In this document: piece by piece, positions 27,930-34,821 of the stretch
Layout: each line of letters opens with the position of its first letter
Numbering within the stretch: position 1 is the stretch's first letter
Source: Clostridia bacterium
GTDB lineage: Bacteria; Bacillota; DUOV01; Zhaonellaceae
Direction of reading: 5' to 3'
Length of the DNA stretch: 54,539 nt
NCBI GenBank assembly: GCA_012838615.1
Contig: DUOV01000005.1
Location: 1-54,539, forward strand
Notes under the pieces: model-generated
The model's database searches: none
Seen by the model: the letters and a program-made list of their open reading frames with translations, nothing else
Told to the model about the DNA's origin: nothing
Position numbers and translations under genes: made by a program

Positions 27930-29060
27930 TTAAACTCTATCTGGGGAAAACATTTCTATAGGCCAATTGCTTCTTCCTCGTATATACTCTACTACTTTTA
28001 CTCCAATGGCGGGTGCCGTTGTAAATGCCCCTTTAAAACCAGCCGCGGTAAACAAATTAGGTACTTTAGAACTAAATCCGCAAATCGGAAGCCCATCATT
28101 TGTATAAGGTGTTACGGCAGTCCATACTCTGACTATCTCCAAATTCATAAGTTTCGGAAAATATCTGCTGAAATTTTTAGCCGTCTTGTGAAAAGTTTTT
28201 AAGGGAACATCCTTACTGTCAAGTTCTTTTTCTTCAGTACCCTGACCTATGATTACACTACCACGAGCGGATTGAACAGCGCTTAAACCTATCCTTAAAG
28301 TAGTGGTCTTTAACATCGCTCCTGTTAAAAAACCTCCGCCTACAACAGGACCGAAAATTACTCTTGGTACAGGCTGAGAAACCATAGCTGTACCATGATG
28401 ATATTTAAGGGGAATAGATGCGCCAGCCAGTTGAGCAATTAAACCGGACCATGAACCTGCAGCGTTAATAACTAAATTAGTTGTTATTTCTCCTTTTGAA
28501 GTTAAAACCTTATGGATCATCGAACCTTTTTTTTCAAAACCTATTACTTTTGTAAAGGGACGTATCCTAAGTCCGTATTGCTTACCTAGTTCAATAAACA
28601 TTAAGGTTACGGCAAAGGGATCCAACCTTCCTTCCCTCGGACAATAAACCGCGCCGCAAACTTCATCGGGATACAAATAAGGTTCGACACTATTTATATC
28701 TTTACCTTTTAATATTTGTGGACTTATCTTAAAGTCCTTAAACCTTCCAACTATTTTCTCAGCCATTTCTTCTTGTTCAGGCGTTGCTAGTACTACAAGA
28801 CCACCTGTTTCTTGAAAATCAATAGCAAAATCTTGAGCGAATAACTTATACATTTCCAACGACTCTAAAGCTAAGGAGATATGCCAATCTTCCCAACGAT
28901 CAAATAAAGATATTTGACCTAAATTTCCTCCTGAAGCTCCAGAAGCAAATTCATTTTTGTCTAAAATAACTGTATCATAGCCTGCTTTGGCAAGGTTATA
29001 GGCAATAGCAGAACCGAGTACCCCTCCGCCAACTACTACGACATCGGCTCTTTCAGACAT
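27930..29060 (-). CDS. FAD-dependent oxidoreductase, DAO family (beta-like subunit), copy 2
   Basis: DVVVVGGGVLGSAIAYNLAKAGYDTVILDK. ~376 aa. Paralogue of 8943..10088, but separated from its alpha/gamma/delta-like partners by the ECF genes. Confidence 0.8.
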   Translation of the reverse strand: MSERADVVVVGGGVLGSAIAYNLAKAGYDTVILDKNEFASGASGGNLGQISLFDRWEDWHISLALESLEMYKLFAQDFAIDFQETGGLVVLATPEQEEMAEKIVGRFKDFKISPQILKGKDINSVEPYLYPDEVCGAVYCPREGRLDPFAVTLMFIELGKQYGLRIRPFTKVIGFEKKGSMIHKVLTSKGEITTNLVINAAGSWSGLIAQLAGASIPLKYHHGTAMVSQPVPRVIFGPVVGGGFLTGAMLKTTTLRIGLSAVQSARGSVIIGQGTEEKELDSKDVPLKTFHKTAKNFSRYFPKLMNLEIVRVWTAVTPYTNDGLPICGFSSKVPNLFTAAGFKGAFTTAPAIGVKVVEYIRGRSNWPIEMFSPDRV

Positions 29061-29113
29061 TGCCTCACTCCCTTCTGGTTCAGCTCATCTAATTGTCATT
29101 TAGAAAGGAAACT

Positions 29114-29147
29114 AACTTGGCTTTCCCAAACCAGGAAAGGCCAAGTT
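29114..29147 (-). other. Strong stem-loop between the Mch-like gene and the downstream genes (possible partial terminator or processing site)
   Basis: 13-bp stem with one bulge: aacttggctttcc / ggaaaggccaagtt, with a 7-nt loop. The minus-strand 3' flank is AGTTTCCTTTCT. Confidence 0.4.
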
Positions 29148-29163
29148 AATTGTAAACTGCTAA

Positions 29164-30132
29164 TTATGCTTTTCTATAAAAAGATTTTTTCAACTTATCC
29201 GGTCTGATTACCCCAGCTTCAAAGGTACTACCAGTTGCATAATTAGTTATTTCATACCGGGCTACTGTATGTATATCTTTATCAACAATATAAAAATCAC
29301 GTTTACCTTCTTCAAAAATATCTATAAAATCCTCACCATAACGCCTTGAAGCATTAAAAGGCAGCTTTTCAATAACTTCCTCTACTTCTGCATCTGTACA
29401 ATCTACCACATAGCGTACCGTAACCCCGTAAAGAAGAGCTGTATTAACTCTGTCCATAGCAAATAACTCGTCTTTTACCGGAGGAGCAATGGGGCAAGTT
29501 CCCATGCCGCTGATTATCTTACTTATATCAAAACCTTTACGTTGAATTCTCCAGATAGACGCTTCAACTGTTCGAGAGCAGACCTGGATTGAGCCTGCCA
29601 GACTACCTGTTTTAGCTGCCAAAATATAGACGTTCTCTACTGGAATCTTACACTCATCTGCTATTTGCTGAGCTAGTGCTTCATCCGGTATTTCCTGAGT
29701 TTGGGCTGCAAAAACAGTCTCATGGTGGATATCTTGATAGTGCCAACATTGGGAGAAGATATCATTTTTAGCTATAGCTCTAGCTGGGCCGGAACCAATT
29801 GGATTAATATAACCTGGAATATCTTTGCTAGGCATTTTCCAGCCTGAAAACTGGGAAGACAAACAAGCAGTAGCCGGATGGTCGATATACACATCAATTG
29901 AAGGCAAAGTTATATCATCTGCAGAGAAAGTGCCAAAGTCCACATGACCAAGACCTCCAATGGTAGCTTCCACAAAAAGTTTGCCAGCCAGATAGCCTCC
30001 GGGCATTTCCACCCCCATATCCACTACTGTAGCTCCATTTTTCAGCTTGATGACTTTGCAGTTCAATTGTTCAGCATAAGGGATAATCTTTTCTTTAACA
30101 ATCCTGACTGCTTCTTGGTTAACACTAAACAT
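29164..30132 (-). CDS. Methenyltetrahydromethanopterin cyclohydrolase (Mch)-family protein
   Basis: 322 aa, collinear with archaeal Mch as I recall it. Shared blocks are SVN.EA...L.NG.TV.D.GVE..GG..AG.LF, DHPA...Q..GW, GSGPARA, ADEC....ENVY.L.A.T.S..GS.Q...R.VE, G..PIAP, DFY..D and G.I. Confidence 0.8.
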   Translation of the reverse strand: MFSVNQEAVRIVKEKIIPYAEQLNCKVIKLKNGATVVDMGVEMPGGYLAGKLFVEATIGGLGHVDFGTFSADDITLPSIDVYIDHPATACLSSQFSGWKMPSKDIPGYINPIGSGPARAIAKNDIFSQCWHYQDIHHETVFAAQTQEIPDEALAQQIADECKIPVENVYILAAKTGSLAGSIQVCSRTVEASIWRIQRKGFDISKIISGMGTCPIAPPVKDELFAMDRVNTALLYGVTVRYVVDCTDAEVEEVIEKLPFNASRRYGEDFIDIFEEGKRDFYIVDKDIHTVARYEITNYATGSTFEAGVIRPDKLKKSFYRKA

Positions 30133-30185
30133 TTACCTTCCTCCTTTGATATAAAAAATGTAGTGCATAAATAAGTTTGTTAATT

Positions 30186-30917
30186 TTAATCAAGGGGTCC
30201 ATCAGTCTTACGCAACATGGTCAGCTTCATGATTTCCGGTTTAAAGTAACACTTAGCACTACAAATAGCTTCATCCTTAAAATTGAAATATACCTCTTCC
30301 CAGGCAAATAACGGGCACAGTAGCGGTACATCCAGGTAATTTGCTAAAACTTCATCACTTATTGCAGCCTGAAAGTAAATCAGGGTTTGAGCTACTTCTT
30401 GATTACAATACTTCTTTAAAAACTTAAAAATGCTACGGCCTACTTGTTTAAGATCGGGCTGGATCAGGAATAGTCTTTGAGGAATGAATATTTCACAATA
30501 AATTGCAGGATTGTTATCGGCGTAATAAAGCCCCTTTCTAACCAATACTAGTTCATCATCTTCCAGCTTAAGAAACTTTTTAATTTTATCATCAGCTTTA
30601 ATAAATTCGTTATTGAGTAATTTAAAGCTGGCTTGATGATTGCCATCCTCTATTAGATTGATAAAATCTTGAATTTGGTCAATGCGCATAACAGTATTTA
30701 AAGCACTTGCATGAATAAAATTGCCAAATCCATGTTTTTTACTAATAATACCTTCTTTATCTAAAGTCCTCAAAACTTCACGTATGGTACTGCGACTGAC
30801 ATTGAGTTGCTCGGCCAGACTGTCTTCCGAAGGCAACTGGTTATTTTTTTTAAGATTTAAATTATTAATCAATTTCAGCAAATTATGCTTTGTTTCTATG
30901 TAAAGTGAATTTCTCAC
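30186..30917 (-). CDS. GntR-family (HutC-like, UTRA effector domain) transcriptional regulator
   Basis: wHTH LPSEDSLAEQLNVSRSTIREVLRTLDKEGIISKKHGFGNFI plus a ~150 aa UTRA-like C-terminus. The track TTG start (30968) coincides with a TTGACA -35 box. I prefer the GTG at 30917 after the G-rich RBS, giving (M)RNSLYIETKH. Confidence 0.8.
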   Translation of the reverse strand: MRNSLYIETKHNLLKLINNLNLKKNNQLPSEDSLAEQLNVSRSTIREVLRTLDKEGIISKKHGFGNFIHASALNTVMRIDQIQDFINLIEDGNHQASFKLLNNEFIKADDKIKKFLKLEDDELVLVRKGLYYADNNPAIYCEIFIPQRLFLIQPDLKQVGRSIFKFLKKYCNQEVAQTLIYFQAAISDEVLANYLDVPLLCPLFAWEEVYFNFKDEAICSAKCYFKPEIMKLTMLRKTDGPLD

Positions 30918-30938
30918 TCCCTCCCCCCCTCTACTAAT

Positions 30939-30968
30939 AGAATACTGTCTGAGGTCTGACAATGTCAA
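30939..30968 (-). promoter_or_regulatory. Putative sigma-A promoter of the GntR-headed cluster with an embedded imperfect palindrome
   Basis: The minus strand reads TTGACA, 18 nt, then TATTCT. The spacer contains TGTCagacctcaGACA (30961..30946), a candidate GntR autoregulatory operator. Confidence 0.45.
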
Positions 30969-31016
30969 TCAAAATTTTCTAAAAGAACATAAAATTTTAA
31001 AAACTATAGCAAAAAG

Positions 31017-31044
31017 AAAGACGAACCTAGCCAAGGTTGTCTTT
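31017..31044 (-). terminator. Rho-independent terminator after zur
   Basis: aaagac(g)aacc-tagccaa-ggttgtcttt. The minus strand follows with CTTTTTGC. Confidence 0.6.
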
Positions 31045-31492
31045 ACTTATAATTACTGTTATGCTTTTTTTGACATTCTTCACAATAGCCATAAATCTCT
31101 AAGCGATGCTCAAGAGGTAAAAAGTTAGTCTTTGCTTTGATGATGTCTTTTAGATCGTCATAAGGACAATAGTCAAAAGGTTGGGTACTGTGGCATTTCT
31201 TGCATATTAAATGATGTATATGCTCACGATGCTTTAAAAGTTTATATTTATTCTCCCCTGTAACCACTAGCTTTTCTATCAGATTATTTTTGGAAAGATA
31301 ATCTAAAGTCCTGTAGACGGTTGAATAGTTTACAAAAACGCCATTAGTTCGCAATGCTTCATAAATTTCAGCTACATTTAGCAATTGGTCTGTACTAGCC
31401 AAGACCTCTAAAATTCCTTTTCGAGCCGGTGTTATTTTTTCACCCCTACCCTTTAGCGTATTAACTATAGCCTGAACAGTCTTCCCGCTCAT
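31043..31492 (-). CDS. zur: Fur-family metalloregulator, probably Zur
   Basis: Fur-type wHTH plus HHLICKKCHS...CxxC zinc sites. It is the last gene of the znu operon. I prefer the start at MSGKTVQ (31492) over the track start at 31540. Confidence 0.7.
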   Translation of the reverse strand: MSGKTVQAIVNTLKGRGEKITPARKGILEVLASTDQLLNVAEIYEALRTNGVFVNYSTVYRTLDYLSKNNLIEKLVVTGENKYKLLKHREHIHHLICKKCHSTQPFDYCPYDDLKDIIKAKTNFLPLEHRLEIYGYCEECQKKHNSNYK

Positions 31493-32342
31493 CACCCTCC
31501 CCCTCTCCAGCCCGTGCTTTTTTAAGGTTGTTAAAAACAAAACTCTTGACCAGGTACATTAAAATCATGATACCGACCATCACTACTATTATTGCTCCAC
31601 CTGGTGCCACATCATAAAAGTAAGAAAGAATGATCCCTGTGTAAACTGAAAATATACTAACCATATTAGCAATTATAAGAGTGGATTTAAAATCGTGACT
31701 AACTACAAGGCTTGCAGCTACAGGCAGTACAAACAATGATGAAATCAAAAGAGCGCCAATAATGGGCATACCGACAGCAACGATACTGGCTGTCATCAAC
31801 AATAATAAATAGTTAAATAATTTTGTATTAATTCCTGCTAAACTTGCGCCATCCTCGTCAAAAGTTAAATAGAAAAACTCACGGTAAAACTTCAACACAA
31901 CAGTTAATACAGTCAGGCCTAGAATCCAAATAACCCATATGTCACGTCCGGTAACGGAAACAATACTGCCAAAAAGCAAACTCTGAACTGATGTATCGCT
32001 GCTTTTTACAACATTAAACAAAATTACTGCCAAACCAAGACCAACAGAAGTAAAAATTGCTAAAGCTAATTCAGCATAGTCACAGAAAACTCTTCGAACT
32101 TTTTCGATACCAAAAGCAGTTACCACAGCTGTTATTAAGGCTGCTAAAATTGGATCTAAACGCAACAATAAACCACCTAAAACACCCGCTAAAGATACAT
32201 GGGCTATTGTATCACCTACCATGGAAAGCCTTTTTAAAACCAGAAAAACACCAACAGTTGGGCAAAGTATCCCAACAATGGTGCCCGCTAAAAGTGCCCT
32301 TTGCATAAACTGAAAAGAAAATAATTCAATCCATATACCCAT
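31461..32342 (-). CDS. znuB: Metal (zinc-type) ABC transporter permease
   Basis: ABC-3 family membrane protein, ~290 aa with 8-9 TM helices, lying between the ATPase and zur. Confidence 0.8.
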   Translation of the reverse strand: MGIWIELFSFQFMQRALLAGTIVGILCPTVGVFLVLKRLSMVGDTIAHVSLAGVLGGLLLRLDPILAALITAVVTAFGIEKVRRVFCDYAELALAIFTSVGLGLAVILFNVVKSSDTSVQSLLFGSIVSVTGRDIWVIWILGLTVLTVVLKFYREFFYLTFDEDGASLAGINTKLFNYLLLLMTASIVAVGMPIIGALLISSLFVLPVAASLVVSHDFKSTLIIANMVSIFSVYTGIILSYFYDVAPGGAIIVVMVGIMILMYLVKSFVFNNLKKARAGEGEGDEREDCSGYS

Positions 32343-32361
32343 GTTTAAGTCACCAAACTCC

Positions 32362-33036
32362 TTAACTCGTACTTTTTTTACAGCTAAGCTTCCCTTCCGT
32401 CAATTCCAATATCTTTTTAGCACTCCCCTTAATTTTTTCATCATGAGTTACCATGAAAACACTCAAACCTAAATCTGAATTTAATTTAACTAAAAGATTG
32501 CTTAAATTCTCTTGAGCTGATTTATCTAAATTAGCTGTTGGTTCATCCAAAAGTAAAACTTCAGGGCAGTTGATTAAAGCTCTGGCAATAAGCACCCTTT
32601 GCAGTTCTCCCCCCGATAACTGGCCAATCTTCTTGAACCTTTTTTCAGGCAAGCCAACTAAATCTAAGACTTCTTCAATTTCTTTTTGGGGGTCGGATTT
32701 ACTAGCCACCAAAGCATTTTTAGCTTTATTAAGCCAAATTATTTCCTGTACTGAAGCTGGAAAACTCGGGTTAAAAAAGTTGGTTTTTTGGGAAACATAG
32801 CCAATTTTAAACCAGTCTCTAAAGGCGTGAGCTTCTTGACCAAAGAGGATAACTTCTCCTGCTTGAGGCTTTAAAGAGCCAAGAATAAGCTTAAGAAGGG
32901 TCGTTTTGGCAGAACCATTAGGACCTGTTAAAACTATGTAATCTCCCCGCACTATTTTTAAGTTTATATTTTCCAGTATATTATTTCCCCCTGGATAATG
33001 AAAGGAAACTTCCTTTAACTCAATCATCGTATTCAT
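32362..33036 (-). CDS. znuC: Metal (zinc-type) ABC transporter ATPase
   Basis: GPNGSAKTT, LSGGELQRVLIA and LLLDEPTANLD. Confidence 0.85.
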   Translation of the reverse strand: MNTMIELKEVSFHYPGGNNILENINLKIVRGDYIVLTGPNGSAKTTLLKLILGSLKPQAGEVILFGQEAHAFRDWFKIGYVSQKTNFFNPSFPASVQEIIWLNKAKNALVASKSDPQKEIEEVLDLVGLPEKRFKKIGQLSGGELQRVLIARALINCPEVLLLDEPTANLDKSAQENLSNLLVKLNSDLGLSVFMVTHDEKIKGSAKKILELTEGKLSCKKSTS

Positions 33037-33039
33037 TTG

Positions 33040-33993
33040 CTATTCCTCATTTAAAGCTGTCTTTAAATTAGCTAAGTTAGTGCGCATTATAGAGAAATAA
33101 TCTTCTCCAGCCATGATTTCGGCAGCAGTTAAATTACCAAGGGGGTTTAACTCTAAGGTTTGAATGCCCAGTTCTTGGGCAATAGCCTCAGAAATTTTAG
33201 GAACAGTTTGGGATTCAAAAAAAACGTACTTAAGACCGTATTTCCGAGCCAGAGTAATAATTTCTCTAATTTTTGTAGGGGAAGGCTCAACTTCGGCCGT
33301 TAAACCTCGAATGGGGATTTGCTTTAAGCCATATTCTTTCGCCAGGTAGCCGAAAGCATCATGGGCCACAATAAATTCCTTGCGCCTACTGTTCTGTAAA
33401 GTTAACCTGTATTCTCGATCTAGTTTCTCCAGTTCTTTTACCAGCTGTGTAAAATTGTTGCGGTAATAATCAGCCTGTTCTTCATCTATTGCTATTAGAG
33501 CATTACATATAGTTCTACTTTGGCTAACAGCATTTTTAGGGCTAAGCCAAATATGAGGATCTACTCCATAATGTTCATGAGCTGTTTCAAATCCATGCTG
33601 ACTACTATCTTCTCCCAGTTTCAACAAAGTAACATTTTCGCTGGCATTTATAAAGGTAACTTGTTCTTTTTCAAGAGCCTTCATAACCTTTGGTATCCAG
33701 GGCTCCATATTGGCGCCATTGTAGATAACTAAATCTGCATGGGCTAAATTGGTCAATAACTTAGCAGACGGTTCAAAACTGTGAGCATCAGCATCTCTAG
33801 GAACTATTTGGTTCACTTCAACTAAATCCCCACCAATTTTTTTGGTAAAATCATAGACAGGATATATGGTCGCATAAATTTTTAGCTTTTGTTCTATTTG
33901 GCTTTGGTTAGTAACAACTTCCTTTGCGCATCCAGTTAGCCCCAGGAAAAAAAATAGAAAAATAAAACTTAAATAACGAAAACTTTTGGGCAT
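33040..33993 (-). CDS. znuA: Metal (zinc-type) ABC transporter substrate-binding lipoprotein (TroA/ZnuA fold)
   Basis: Lipobox LTGC, a DAHSFEPS motif and a His-containing loop (HGFETAHEHYGVDPHIW). I prefer the ATG at 33993 after AGGGGG over the track TTG at 34014. Confidence 0.8.
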   Translation of the reverse strand: MPKSFRYLSFIFLFFFLGLTGCAKEVVTNQSQIEQKLKIYATIYPVYDFTKKIGGDLVEVNQIVPRDADAHSFEPSAKLLTNLAHADLVIYNGANMEPWIPKVMKALEKEQVTFINASENVTLLKLGEDSSQHGFETAHEHYGVDPHIWLSPKNAVSQSRTICNALIAIDEEQADYYRNNFTQLVKELEKLDREYRLTLQNSRRKEFIVAHDAFGYLAKEYGLKQIPIRGLTAEVEPSPTKIREIITLARKYGLKYVFFESQTVPKISEAIAQELGIQTLELNPLGNLTAAEIMAGEDYFSIMRTNLANLKTALNEE

Positions 33994-34009
33994 AACATGA
34001 CCCCCTAGA

Positions 34010-34024
34010 TGCAAATGATTTGCA
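34010..34024. promoter_or_regulatory. Perfect 7-1-7 palindrome, candidate Zur box
   Basis: TGCAAAT-G-ATTTGCA lies about 20 nt upstream of the znuA-like start. Confidence 0.4.
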
Positions 34025-34154
34025 ATTGCATTATATATTATACTTTAGTTTATCCAAATATGACAATGCTATACTTTCAAAAGATAAAAAGCGTGCGAAT
34101 TCGCCCGCTTTTAAGTTGACTATGCAAAACCCGCAAAGGTATAATCCCTTAGCA

Positions 34155-34182
34155 ACAAAAAAGCACCTCCATTTGGGGGTGC
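34155..34182 (-). terminator. Rho-independent terminator of the 34207..34725 gene
   Basis: 8-bp stem gcacctcc/gggggtgc (one G-U pair). The minus strand follows with TTTTTTGTTG. Confidence 0.65.
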
Positions 34183-34206
34183 CCTTTAATTAATTACTTT
34201 TCATCA

Positions 34207-34725
34207 CTATTTTACGTTAAAAATATCTTCTTTTGCAATTTTACCTTCCGGACTAACTTTGATTTCAGTAGCTTTTACCACTTTCTTTTCTCCATCAACT
34301 TTAGTACATTCTACCATAACATATTCTTTGGTAGAATCACCGGTAGCCTTTGCTACATCTCTTACAATTTTCATTAGTGAGAAGTTGTGATCCGGATCTT
34401 TTAAGCAAAGTACTGCGCCTTTTTTGCTGAATAAATCGGCTAATATTTCACCATAACTTTTCTCCTGCTCTTTAATATCGCCTACAACATAATAATCAGC
34501 TTCAGCCTCAAGGTCAGCAGGAATGTTTTTCACTTGCTTTACTTTATTAGCTTTAAGATCAATACATGTAAGCAAGTGGGACAATAAGATTAAAATACCA
34601 TGACCTTTATGACCGGCAATGATAATGTTTTTCTTTGCTTCAACACATTGTTCTAAATACTCTGCTTGATCTGGTGAGATGAATTCCGTTTCGGCTAAAG
34701 CGGCCAGCTTTTTACTTTTTATCAT
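34207..34725 (-). CDS. Miniature CpaF/VirB11-like (T2SSE-fold) protein with a degenerate P-loop
   Basis: Strong RBS AAGGAG. ISPDQAEYLEQCVEAKKNIIIAGHKGHGILILLSHLL aligns with the L.PE.A.FL...V....NILISGGTGSGKTTLLNAL block of secretion ATPases. ADYYVVGDIKEQE aligns with PDRIIVGEVRG.E. The C-terminal VDGEKKVVKATEI...EDIF aligns with RDG.RRV..I.EV....LF. Monocistronic, with its own promoter-like sequence and terminator. Confidence 0.55.
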   Translation of the reverse strand: MIKSKKLAALAETEFISPDQAEYLEQCVEAKKNIIIAGHKGHGILILLSHLLTCIDLKANKVKQVKNIPADLEAEADYYVVGDIKEQEKSYGEILADLFSKKGAVLCLKDPDHNFSLMKIVRDVAKATGDSTKEYVMVECTKVDGEKKVVKATEIKVSPEGKIAKEDIFNVK

Positions 34726-34821
34726 ATGTATCTCTCCTTAAACTAGTAATGTTTCCTTAATATTATAACACTTAATCTTGCCAAGTAAAATTAAACAAGG
34801 GTTTATTTGTTAATTTTTTTG

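Noticed and set aside
17441-30968. Interpreting the large cluster as a mobile genomic island or a defence system
   Set aside because: No integrase, transposase, tRNA attachment site or flanking direct repeats are visible. No nuclease, helicase, methyltransferase or toxin-like genes are visible either. The content is entirely metabolic and transport-related.
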